A DNA stretch of 58,579 bases, the filler included, from Dugesia japonica (lineage: Eukaryota): the NCBI GenBank assembly GCA_001938525.1. It is 5 parts of 5 records of this genome, joined end to end, with 100 filler letters (N's around TTAATTAATTAA, not from the genome) between each part and the next. Parts side by side here need not be neighbours in the genome. Positions count along the whole stretch, not along the records: positions 1 to 14,196 come from MQRL01579710.1; positions 14,297 to 23,294 come from MQRL01355837.1; positions 23,395 to 33,386 come from MQRL01383359.1; 2 more parts are not named here. One strand, 5' to 3'. Numbering within the stretch: the first letter of the stretch is position 1; the number at the start of each line of letters is the position of its first letter. The notes under the pieces are model-generated. The model searched no databases and was not told the DNA's origin. It was given only the letters and a program-made list of their open reading frames with translations. Both the position numbers and the translations under genes were made by a program. Shown here piece after piece: positions 13,641-23,720 of the stretch.

Positions 13641-14049
13641 ATAAATACTGATAGATATATTTAGTTTCTTCAAAATCTCATTAATTTTTCTCAAAAAAGA
13701 CATTAAAGTTTTCTCCCACAAAATATGTATCTTATGCATGACAACGCTCGATCACATATTCCTCAAGATTTTTAGACTCTAAAAACGTAAAACTTCTTCA
13801 CCAGAGAAATATTTATGCCAATTATCTTTTTAAAAGATTGAAGAGAAGTCGTACAGATTTTAAACATATTGATGAAAAAGAACAATTCTACATAGTGAGA
13901 TACCAAAATTAACAAATATTCGTATGGATAAATCATCGATGTATCTATTGAAACAATCAAGAAAATTATTGAGTATGGTGCCTGCTATGTATAAAAAAAC
14001 ATTTTACAGCGATTATTTTTTTTATAATACAGATTATATATATATATAT

Positions 14050-14196
14050 AGTAGATGTATAGTAGTGCACTGGAACACCTCCTCCCCCCGAAGGAAAATT
14101 TTTTTTTGGTCATTTTTTTGGACTTTATTTTTGTAGTTTTTAAAATTTGTGCTTGGGCAGTTGACCTTTTTGTTTAAATAACGTACAATTTATTAT
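14050..14196 (+). mobile_element. Polinton-type terminal inverted repeat end
   Basis: AGTAGATGTATAGTAGTGCACTGGAACA. Related ends at ~4986(+), 23720(-), 29685(-) and 54788(-). Confidence 0.45.
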
Positions 14197-14296
14197 NNNN
14201 NNNNNNNNNNNNNNNNNNNNNNNNNNNNNNNNNNNNNNNNTTAATTAATTAANNNNNNNNNNNNNNNNNNNNNNNNNNNNNNNNNNNNNNNNNNNN
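14197..14296. other. Artificial contig linker N44-TTAATTAATTAA-N44
   Basis: Exactly 100 bp with stops in all six frames; four identical copies in the window. Confidence 0.95.
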
Positions 14297-15090
14297 TCTG
14301 AAATAATCAATAAACATTTTCAGAAAAGAAATTCATTCATGATTAAAAAAATCAATAATGATGAATTATTATTGAATTACTTCATAATAATGGGTATTCT
14401 AAATTGTTTATTGACAAATTAGTTTATGAAACTTTGAATAAATTAAATAGTAATTTTTCTCTTGCTGACGTCTCTGTTNNNNNNNNNNNNNNNNNNNNNN
14501 NNNNNNNNNNNNNNNNNNNNNNNNNNNNNNNNNAAACATTTAAATTTTCAATTGAAAATGCTCTTAAGGATATTTTAAATGTAAACGTTGTATCTCCATC
14601 TCATAATGTTATAAATATGTTCAATAATAAATCTATAACTCCTTTAGGCCTGTGCTCTGATCTGGTATATCAATTTAAATGTAATGGTTGTAATACCACA
14701 TACATTAGAGAGACTTCCCATAATCTCTGCACCAGAGTTCTAATAGTAATATTGTTGAGCATCGGAGAAAATGTATAAAATCAATAGGGTTGTCTGATTT
14801 TGAAATCTTGTGTAGTGAATTTAATAATTATTGGGAGAGAGTAATTTGTGAATCTTTGTTGATAAGATTGTTGTTAAATTCTAAAATTAATGTTTAGTTG
14901 ACGGATTCAACATCGCTTTTAAAATTATTTTATCGATTATTTATTGAGATTGCATAATTGAAATTATATAATCATTTAAACTTTATAAATAGTTTGTTTG
15001 AATATTCTTTAATTCCCTGATAATGATGGTAATTCCGTCGAAATTAATTGCAGCAAATAAATAATTTGTTAAATGGCGTTCTTTTATTTT
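14297..15090 (+). mobile_element. Penelope-like element 3' part: GIY-YIG endonuclease and pLTR with a degenerate hammerhead
   Basis: SDLVYQFKCNGCNTTYIRETSHNLCTRV..EH..FEIL..R.ICESLLI is a GIY-YIG pattern. Followed by ctgataa-t-gatgg(taatt)ccgtc-gaaa at 15017-15043. Confidence 0.85.
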
Positions 15091-16379
15091 TATAAAAAGG
15101 GTGGCGATGTTTATTGAGTTTTTAAATAATAAATTAATTTCCAGAATTTTTTAAAAAAAATTCGCATCGATAATTTAATTTCATTAAATTAAAAGGTTCG
15201 ATCAAAATATGGTTTTATTTATTATATTTTATAATTTCTTGCTAGTTGAAATACGATCAATTGTTAAGTCTAACAATTATTCTCTGAATAATAATATAAA
15301 TACTGGTTTGAAATTTTTTTTATAAACATTGATTATTACCTTTAAACTAATCAATAGTACCAAAACGAAGTTATCAATGAATTTTAGTCGGATTTGAAAT
15401 CTGAAGAATTAGTAAATTTCTGTTGTTTATTTCATTTTTTGTGAAAAAATAGGAGTTAGAACAAATTTAAAAAATTATTTATAAGAATAGAGCTGAACAC
15501 AAAATTTGATTTGTTAAATATCAAATGCAAGTAGTAAATACAATAAATTGTGAATCTCTTTTTAATTAGTTGTGAAACGATCTTGAATATGTTTATTAGA
15601 GTTTCATTCAGTAAAACAAAATGTTTACTTTATTATTTAAGGAAGAACTGAGGAAACTCTTGAGGAAACTCCGTTTTTTCCGTTTAATCCTTTTCAAAAA
15701 ATACTAAAACCAGAACAAAAACGAATATTAAAATATTTATTTGAACAAATATCTAAAAATATTTTCTTTCCGTGGCTTTGATAACTGAATCAGCTTATTT
15801 TCTAGCAAATATATCTAATTTTACTGATCAGGACAGTACCTTGCTTTTATACTGCACATGAATCAAATCTTTCACGGCTTATATCTTTTGGTGGCTGTTT
15901 TAGTAACACTTCATTCTTCTGTCAATTTCCTCGGTGACTTTCCTTTCGTCAAAAATTTTGAAAAAATCTCTTATTTCTGGTTTCCTGTTAATTTTGATTT
16001 CAAATTTTAAATTGAAACTAAATAGTTCATGCCTTAGGAAATGTTTAACTTTTATAGAGTGTATTGAAATCATTATAACCTATTAAAATTCATCCTTAAA
16101 AGTATTTAGTATATTTTTATTTGAAAATCTAATTAAATGTATCAATTACAATTATTGCGAGAATAATTGTTGGAAGTAAGCATTGATCGTTTTACAGAAT
16201 TCATTAAAATAAAAGCTTTGATCAAAATTTGTTTTTTTTTTGGTTTTTTTAGATCAGAAAAAAAGATCAGAAAAGACCCTAATAAGAAAAATCAAAAAGA
16301 AAATCAATCGGTGCAACTAGGACCCTACAAAGAAAAAGCGTACCACCTTCCAGAGGGGTATGGTAGGGATCCTAAAATC

Positions 16380-16610
16380 CAACCAATAGGCGACCAGGAA
16401 ATAAAAATAAAACAAAGAATAAAAACTCACCTGGCTCTCTAAAAATAGTTGCCAATCATGGCACTGAAATTCTTAGAAAATTTCAGAAAATTGGTGCTAG
16501 CAACAATAAAATTGGAGAAACACCAGTCTAAAAATACTGGCAAATCTAAAACCCAGTAGTGGTGTACACAAAATCCTATAAAAGGACCCCCAGTTTTACA
16601 GAAAAAACAC
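16380..16610 (+). promoter_or_regulatory. Putative RNA polymerase II promoter (4 CCAAT boxes and a TATA box)
   Basis: CCAAT at 16383 and 16452, ATTGG at 16490 and 16511, TATAAAAG at 16577-16584, and a CACTC initiator-like sequence ~30 nt downstream. Confidence 0.5.
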
Positions 16611-18270
16611 ACTCAAAAAACAACGAAATTCTCATTTACCAAGTTGTGAAACTACGTTCAAACAAGCTACTTTTGCTAGGAAAAGAAACTGTTACGACAA
16701 AACTAGTTACAGAGGTCTCAGTATAAATTTATTAGAAATCAGTGGTAAGGTTCAACGTAAAATATTCATTTGATCAACACTTACATTTCTAGAAAAGAGA
16801 GATAGAAACCGAAGCTCCGCACGTTGCCAAATTAAACTAACCTCAATCCAATTGGGCTCTATACAAATCCTCCAACTCATTGCAGAACTCCCTCATTCAG
16901 TTAATTCTAGTTGTTATTTCCGAATTTTAGGATCATATTTTTCAAGTAATTATTTTTATTAGTTTTGTTTTATGTAAAACGTTATATTTTGAAAATAAAA
17001 TATATATATATATATATATCTATGTGTTATAAAAATAATGAATTATATTTTCATCGATTTGATTTTAATAAAATAATGCTTCTATTTTGATTGAAAGTTA
17101 GAACCTGTTAACCACAACCATATTAGAATAATAGTTATTAAACTAAACTAAGTATAAATAAACGAACCGATAACATTTTTTGGGGTTATTTTTAGACCAT
17201 CGAGTCTTATGCTTTATAATGCCGTTATTAAAATTATAAATGAAGATGCACAGCTAGTATAGAACTAATCGGAAATTTATATCCCAAAAATAACAACATT
17301 ACAACGCACAATAATATTTTTTTTTGCCAACTTATTAATTCTGATTGTCGAACTGAGTAATTATCCATTGAAATTCACGAATCATCAATTATGAAATGAA
17401 TGAACAAATACAGGGCAAATTTATTAAATTCCATAACATTGAGATGAAAAACATATCCATATCCAATCAAATTATAAGTTAGCTCCCATATATAAATTTT
17501 GTGCACGATCCCAATCTCTAATGTTATGCGTTTGGGGTACCATATTAATTCATATATTTGATAATTATTGCACACGTGGATAGAATTGGAATTTTAAGGA
17601 AAACTGGCTATCGAGGAAAATCAATAATTCTGACAACATTAAGTAGTAACTAGGAAAGTGTAGGATTCTCCAAAATCGCCATTGCTACATCGATAAGAAT
17701 TATGATTCAATTATGTCACAAACAACTCTAACATACTTGCATGTCGAGTTTGTATATAACAAAAAGTTAAGCACACACCAACGCAAGATTTTACTAACCT
17801 GATTCAGTCGGTATAATTGTGACCTTGAGAGTAACCAAGGCAATTTAAATTTTGCGGTAAATTCAATGCGCCTAAAATTTTCTTTTGGGATGTAAATCCC
17901 TAAGATTGAATCAAGTAAAACTCACAGATCGTTTTCTCATCAATTAGGTCCAATTCATATGTGACTGGATTCCACCGGTCACTAACAAACCAAGTTCCTT
18001 TTAAACTTACTACATAAATAATAATAATAATATCGGTGATATTAATAAATTGTAGGGATAATAATCAGCGCGGTAATAAATAATAATAGTAATCATGGTA
18101 GTAATAACGATGATATCCACCAACACCACTCCTACTAACAACGATAGTAATAATGCTAATAATAATCATCATATGGTTAATGAACAATACCTACCACAAA
18201 GATAATGATAAAATGTTGGTTGACCACGATAAATCTAAGCATTAGGAACATAATAATAATATTAATTCAG

Positions 18271-18537
18271 TATAATGATGACTTGTTCATCGATTCACCA
18301 TGTCGTCCCATGCTTACGATTTTGTAATTTTGCAGTAACGATTTCGGTCCCGCAATGACGGCTAGATTGAGGAATATGTTAAGATGGATCGCGAAACAAC
18401 GACAAATAGCTAGGAGGAAACAGTTGATTGCCCACCTTCTGACAAATGGGGTGGTGGAACATCCAGATGAAACTGATTAAGCATGTTTTGTTGAGATGTT
18501 CCCACTAAACTATCCGGTAGATTTGGATGCCGATTGA
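18271..18537 (+). pseudogene. Orphan cassette ORF A (88 codons, two internal TAA)
   Basis: GC-richer island after attcag. Reads YNDDLFIDSPCRPMLTIL*FCSNDFGPAMTARLRNMLRWIAKQRQIARRKQLIAHLL..ETD*ACFVEMFPLNYPVDLDAD*. Confidence 0.4.
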
Positions 18538-18645
18538 TTACACTTCTTAACAAAACATTTTCCATTGATTATGATAAATAGAATACTTGTCTTAATATCT
18601 TTTGTTCTTTATTTATAATCGCTAATTTTCTATATTGTTAAGTTA

Positions 18646-18990
18646 ATGGAATATAAGTGGGAGATTTTACAGGATCGTTATACCGGAGAAATCGTCGTCA
18701 AACAATATCACAACCCATATGACCGCAACGCGGGTGATTCCGTTGATTTTTCTGTGCTAACGCCTGAAGAGGCAGAACAGGAACGAAAACAGGCGGCCAT
18801 CGCACGTCAGGCATATTATGATTGGAATGGTCTCGACCGGTCACGCGAAGTGATGCACCGCGTCATGACGGTTGACCCAATAACCAATCACGTCTACACA
18901 CAATGGCGGGAAGGGCCATCTTTGATTCCAATTACCCTCGGACAATTGTCTCAATGCACTCATTTCAGCATTGAGAGAGGAGATAACTAG
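18646..18990 (+). CDS. Orphan cassette ORF B, 114 aa hypothetical protein
   Basis: Intact GC-richer ORF. Branch-like gctaat and acceptor AG at 18641-18642; AATAAA at 19044 followed by a GT-rich tract. Paralogous to ORF C. Confidence 0.65.
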   Translation: MEYKWEILQDRYTGEIVVKQYHNPYDRNAGDSVDFSVLTPEEAEQERKQAAIARQAYYDWNGLDRSREVMHRVMTVDPITNHVYTQWREGPSLIPITLGQLSQCTHFSIERGDN

Positions 18991-19169
18991 AAAGACCCTC
19001 ATTTCTTTGGCATGTGTGTCTCTTTTGTATTGAAAGAAAATCCAATAAATTCTATGTTTTGTTAGTGTTTTCGTTAAGATCCTTGAATTGATTGTATAAT
19101 TTATTTTTTTTGTTTTACTCATTTCTGTTAGCAGCTAATGAAACGTAATTCTCTTGTAGTTTTACGATA

Positions 19170-19586
19170 ATGGAACACATTTGGAACGTGACCATCGACG
19201 TACGGACCGGATTATCAACATTTTGAAAATTCCGGAATCCCCATAATCGTGATGCTGGGGTATTGATCGATAATTCCAATATATCCTCCGAATTGGCCGA
19301 GGAGTATCGTAGTTGGGACGCAGAAGAGCGGGAAGCTTATTACCGATGGCGTGGTCCCATGCAAGACCGCCCATATTATTCTCCGTCTCCTCGCACTGAT
19401 TTTACTTCGCCTCTCTTGCCACGAATTGAACGGGTGTGGACAGAGAGTCCTACGGTGTTCGGGTTAGCCACCGCTCAGCTGCCCCTTTATGAACACCTAT
19501 CCTTTTTCATTCAAAGTAACTTATGGAATGTGCGGGACTCCTTAAGTCAAGTCAATGATGAAAATACGGCACAAGAGAACTCTTGA
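19170..19586 (+). pseudogene. Orphan cassette ORF C, paralogue of ORF B (one stop, one frameshift)
   Basis: MEHIWNVTIDVRTGLSTF*KFRNPHNRDAG/IDNSNISSELAEEYRSWDAEEREAYYRWRG aligns with ORF B. Acceptor ctcttgtag ends at 19159. Confidence 0.65.
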
Positions 19587-19725
19587 TAATTGTAGTGTGT
19601 GTAATATTCGAATTATATTTCATGTTCCTTTCTGATATTGAATTTTGATTAGTATTCTTATTATATCTAATACGTTCTTATTAATATCAATTCATTAAGT
19701 ACAAGTTATATTACTCTTTTTATAG

Positions 19726-20060
19726 TGCATTCATCACTAAACCGTACACCCGCTCCGACTAAAAAAATCTGAGAAGATAGCGAGGACATCGAGATGTCCT
19801 GGAGCCTTTACCGATTGGCCAAGCGACGGTGGGAAGCCGACGTGGCTACCGCAGATGCCAAGGTAAAGCGATATAAAATCAAATGCTCCGCTGTCCGAGA
19901 GGAATTAAGACTTGCGCGAGAACAAGAGCGCGCATGGAAAGCGCAAGTTGAATCCTTTGCCGAGATTATCCGGTCCAGCCATGACCGAGAAAATAAACTG
20001 GTTAAGAAAATCCTCTTATTGAAGGAAAAATCATACGTGGAGTGCCCTTATGATCGATAA
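19726..20060 (+). CDS. Orphan cassette ORF D, basic coiled-coil-like protein
   Basis: Acceptor ctctttttatag|TG at 19725/19726. The frame reads HSSLNRTPAPTKKI*EDSEDIE into MSWSLYRL (ATG 19794); charged helical pattern. AATAAA at 20111. Confidence 0.55.
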
Positions 20061-20231
20061 GGGTACGCAGACCAAAATTCCTTCACGCAATTAATCATGT
20101 AGTTAGTACAAATAAATGTTATTATCCGTNTAATCTCTCTTATCTTTACTTCTAAGTTTGTTAATAATCTGAGAATTAATAATCAGTGTATTATATGTTT
20201 TACAACTCAATTAATTGATTCTCTTTTTCAG

Positions 20232-20614
20232 TGCCTAGGATACACTTTCCTAATAGCTTAAAACGTTGCCATCAATTCCCACGCCGACTCCTCATCGAGC
20301 GACACCTGAAAAAGAAGGCGGATAAAGCCTTGTTGAGACATCTCAAGCAACGAGATCGTTTAATAAAGAAATTAGATTTAGTAATAAAGAAACAAGCTTA
20401 CTTGGCCGCACAAACTAAAGCCCTGGAGGTAGAGAACAAACTTTTGCTGCAACGCAAGGTGGATTTTCTGAAGCAGTACATCGCTGACTTATTACATCAA
20501 TTAGGAAATCCGAATACCACACAATGGGACGATGATGACGACATTGCTGCTTTCAACTTTGTCATCACCTCCCCAGATCAGTGGTTAGACCCTGACGCCT
20601 TGAACCTAATCTAG
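20232..20614 (+). CDS. Orphan cassette ORF E, 127 aa coiled-coil-like protein with an acidic tail and no in-frame ATG
   Basis: Acceptor ctctttttcag|TG CCT AGG. Open for 127 codons with no Met. AATAAA at 20627. Confidence 0.6.
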
Positions 20615-21121
20615 ATGTTGATTATTAATAAATGTTTAATTAATAGAAATGATTTAATTCTCTTAATAATATTAAATGTTTTAATTAATAGAAATGGTTT
20701 AATTCTCTCAAATATTACTAGGGAAAATATAGAACCCGAATAAAAGGTTTATTGGTGAGCACTTTCCATCAAGAGAAAAGTCAACCGCAATAAACTGAAA
20801 ACATAACCATAGGGGCAGTAGGGTAAATTCTTGAAAGGATTCTCCTGAGGGCTGTTTTTCCCCGGCCACTTTTCCTAACTCAGGTAGAACCCCAACAAAT
20901 GTATAAATATTAAAATATTAAATTATAAATATTTTTGAATTTCAAAGGCAAAAGTTATTTTAAATTCATTGTTTTATTGAAATATTGACATGGTTTCATT
21001 TAAATTTAAAATTTATTTTCTAAAAGTTAACTTTACCATTGATCTGTATATTAAACAAATATTTTGAAAAACAAACATTTTCAATTGCAAAGATCAAAAC
21101 GATGTTCTTCTTTTTAAATAG

Positions 21122-21160
21122 ATAGTTCAATATTTCGGCTATGCTTTCTTTAGGAACTAT
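21122..21160 (-). ncRNA. Degenerate minimal hammerhead ribozyme
   Basis: Minus strand: atagttc-CTAAAGA-a-agc(ata)gcc-GAAA-TATT-gaactat. Perfect 7-bp stem I, but the core has G5>A. Confidence 0.55.
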
Positions 21161-21489
21161 TACTCAATTCATTCTGGTTATAAACGTTTAAATAGAAACA
21201 CAATTTACATTAATCTAGTTAAAATTAATTTTCATTGGTCATTAATTATAATATTAAATTTCTAATTTATTGAACATATTCTCGGAAATATGGTGCAAAC
21301 CATTAAAAAATTTCATTTTAGAAATTTTAATTTTCAAATTTTCCTTTTAAAATATATTTTTTTAAAAATTAACTTTTCCACTGATCTGTATGGGTTGATT
21401 TGTTGGAATATTACGAATATTTATTTGTCTATCTTTTAACAAAAACGAAATCAACTTAAAATTGAATAAATTTATTATGAAGACTTGAG

Positions 21490-21800
21490 ATATTGTTAAT
21501 CAAATTAATAATGACAACGCTAGATCTCACGTCGTAATGGCTACACGGGAAAAAATTTTAAAACTTGGTTAGGAAGTTCTTTTACATTCAATGTAGAGTG
21601 CGGATATTGCCTTATCAGATTTTCGCATATTGCGTTCAATACAAAGTTTGTTGAAATAAAGATCATTTCCTGCAGAGGAGGATTTTGAAATTTTATTGCA
21701 GAATTCTTTTTTGTTCAAAAACTAAGTAGTTCTATTCCAAGAAAATCGAGTTTCTGCTTGAGAGATGGTCACAAGTAGTTTTATTGAAATTATTTTTATG
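21490..21800 (+). mobile_element. Degenerate mariner transposase C-terminal fragment
   Basis: NDNARSHVVMATREKILKLG*EVLLHSM*SADIALSDFRILRS..FYSKKIEFLLERW corresponds to HDNARPH..WEVLPHPPYSPDLAPSD..ERW. Confidence 0.75.
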
Positions 21801-21839
21801 ATTAACATGTTTTTTTACAAAAATTTGATTAATAAATTT

Positions 21840-21930
21840 TAGAATTCATTAAAATAAAAGCTTTGATAATTTTTTTTGTTTCTGATAATAATTCTAATTT
21901 TGGACTTTGTCTTCGTTGGGAATTGACTTG
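21840..21930 (-). repeat. Inverted, mutated copy of the hammerhead-bearing repeat at 10880-10980
   Basis: Minus strand aagtcaattcccaacgaagacaaagtccaaaattagaatt..caaagcttttattttaatgaatt. Other pieces of the repeat lie at 10560-10735, 16148-16240 and ~43560-43600. Confidence 0.65.
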
Positions 21931-22386
21931 TTTTAGTCAAAATCTTCGTTTAAAATACGACACTACTTTCTTGCCATTTTAATACGAATCAAAGTTTTTA
22001 TTAGTATAATTTATTACATTTTTAAAAATAGTTTTCTCTGGATGAATGGTTTATAGTTTTCGCTTTTATTTAAAAATTTATACGAAGTCAATGATCAATT
22101 TTAATTATGATTTCATAAATATTCTTAACATTTAAGAATCGCGATTCGCCTGTGATTTCTCAAACTTTTTTGGAATTTAAATCGTTGCAGCACTGCCAGG
22201 TATGTGATGAAGCTTTCACATATTTCTGAAAAACACTTTACAAGATAATAAGTTTAGCAAGAGTATAGAAAAAATGTTGAAAATAAAATAAAATAATTAT
22301 AGAATCGAAATTTAATATGCCTTGAGCAAAATGATTTTAAAAAGTTGTAGATTTTATTAAATAAAATATACGATTCCCATCTTCAG

Positions 22387-23259
22387 GTAATCGAATGGAA
22401 TGAAACTCATAAAATGATGAAAGTAAAAATTCCTACTGTGGTAAATACGAATGAAGCACAACATTGTACCCAAACTGGGTATCTTTCTAGACCAACACAC
22501 CGTAATACATCGTGGGATTCTGCGAAATTTGAAGTTTGTGGTCATAGTTGGATTCATATTGGTGAAAATAATTGGGGAGTCAGTGTGTTGAAGGAAGCTA
22601 TTTTCGGTTCATCTGTACTGGATGGGACTGTCTATTTATCTCTGTAAATACTAATGACATTTTGCTATAATAATATTATTGATGTGTTATTAGCCTGCGA
22701 TCGCCTAATAGTCCTGATGCCACGGCTGACAAGAAACACATTCCTCATGTTTTCAATTATTCAATTTTTCCTTATGATTCATCGTTAACAAATAATAGAT
22801 TTGGCACAATTTCTCGTCTTGCCATTCAGTATAATTGGCTGTGCGCTTTGAATACGAATCTATCTGACTGTTTCTCGACGCATATTCATCAATCATCTTT
22901 ACACAATATCAAACTATTTCCAATTTCAATTGTCGAGCCTAACAATGGAGAACTATCAATCGATTGGGTTAAACCAGTAAATTAATATTTATATAATAAG
23001 TATTGTTTGAATATTTGGATTTTAGACGTGTGATAATCCTCGCCAATTCCTATTGCGACTACATGAGATTTCCGGAGGAAGGTATGTTGTAAAGTTAGCA
23101 AGTTCTGTAGCGATAAAGCACGTCTCTATTACAAATATATTGGAAGAATGTAAAGAGGATACAAATAATGATCGTGGCGATATAAATTTTACCAATAATG
23201 CGATTCGTTTATTTATACTGCCATTCGCACTTATTTCTATCGTTGTTGAATTCACTTAA
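22387..23259 (+). CDS. MAN2C1: Cytosolic alpha-mannosidase 2C1 (GH38), last three exons join(22387..22643,22694..22976,23026..23259)
   Basis: WNETHKMMKVKIP..RPTHRNTSWDSAKFEVCGH..LSL|LRSPNSPDATAD..IDWVKP|..LLRLHEISGG. GT-AG introns of 50 and 49 nt keep the frame. Confidence 0.9.
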
Positions 23260-23294
23260 TTATAGTTTTCAAATATAGCATTTTTAGTTGATAT

Positions 23295-23394
23295 NNNNNN
23301 NNNNNNNNNNNNNNNNNNNNNNNNNNNNNNNNNNNNNNTTAATTAATTAANNNNNNNNNNNNNNNNNNNNNNNNNNNNNNNNNNNNNNNNNNNN
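23295..23394. other. Artificial contig linker N44-TTAATTAATTAA-N44
   Basis: Identical 100-bp spacer. Confidence 0.95.
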
Positions 23395-23720
23395 TAAAAA
23401 AAAGATTAAAAAAATTGATCCGATCAAAAATTTTTTGATCCCAAAAATTTGATCCGATCAAAAAAAAAATTTATCCCAAAAATCTGATCTGATCAAAAAA
23501 AAATTTGATCCCAAAAATCTGATCTGATCAAAAAAAAATTTGATCCNNNNNNNNNNNNNNNNNNNNNNNNNNNNNNNNNNNNNNNNNNNNNNNNNNNNNN
23601 NNNNNNNNNNNNNNNNNNNNNNNNNNNNNNNNNNNNNNNNNNNNNNCCCCCCCCCCTCCTGGGCGGGGGGGTCCGCTCAGCGCCATGCATGTTGTGACCG
23701 TGCGCTACTATCCCCCTACT
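23395..23720 (-). mobile_element. Polinton-type terminus with GATC-rich subrepeats, nested against the left arm of the next element
   Basis: The minus strand starts AGTAGGGGGATAGTAGCGCACGG at 23720, followed by a GC hairpin and (gatc.gatcaaaaaaatttgatcc) tandem repeats. Confidence 0.5.

Noticed and set aside
14241-14252. Recurrent TTAATTAATTAA palindrome as a biological motif
   Set aside because: Always centred in exactly 44+44 Ns; an artificial linker.
16167-16442. 91-aa ORF at the cassette's left edge
   Set aside because: TTG start, spans a repeat junction, and has A-rich low-complexity composition.
18271-20614. Cassette as a spliced-leader trans-spliced operon (flatworm SL ends in AUG)
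   Set aside because: An AUG-ending leader would be in frame only for A and B and out of frame for C, D and E. Not excluded, but it fits worse than a cis-spliced leader.
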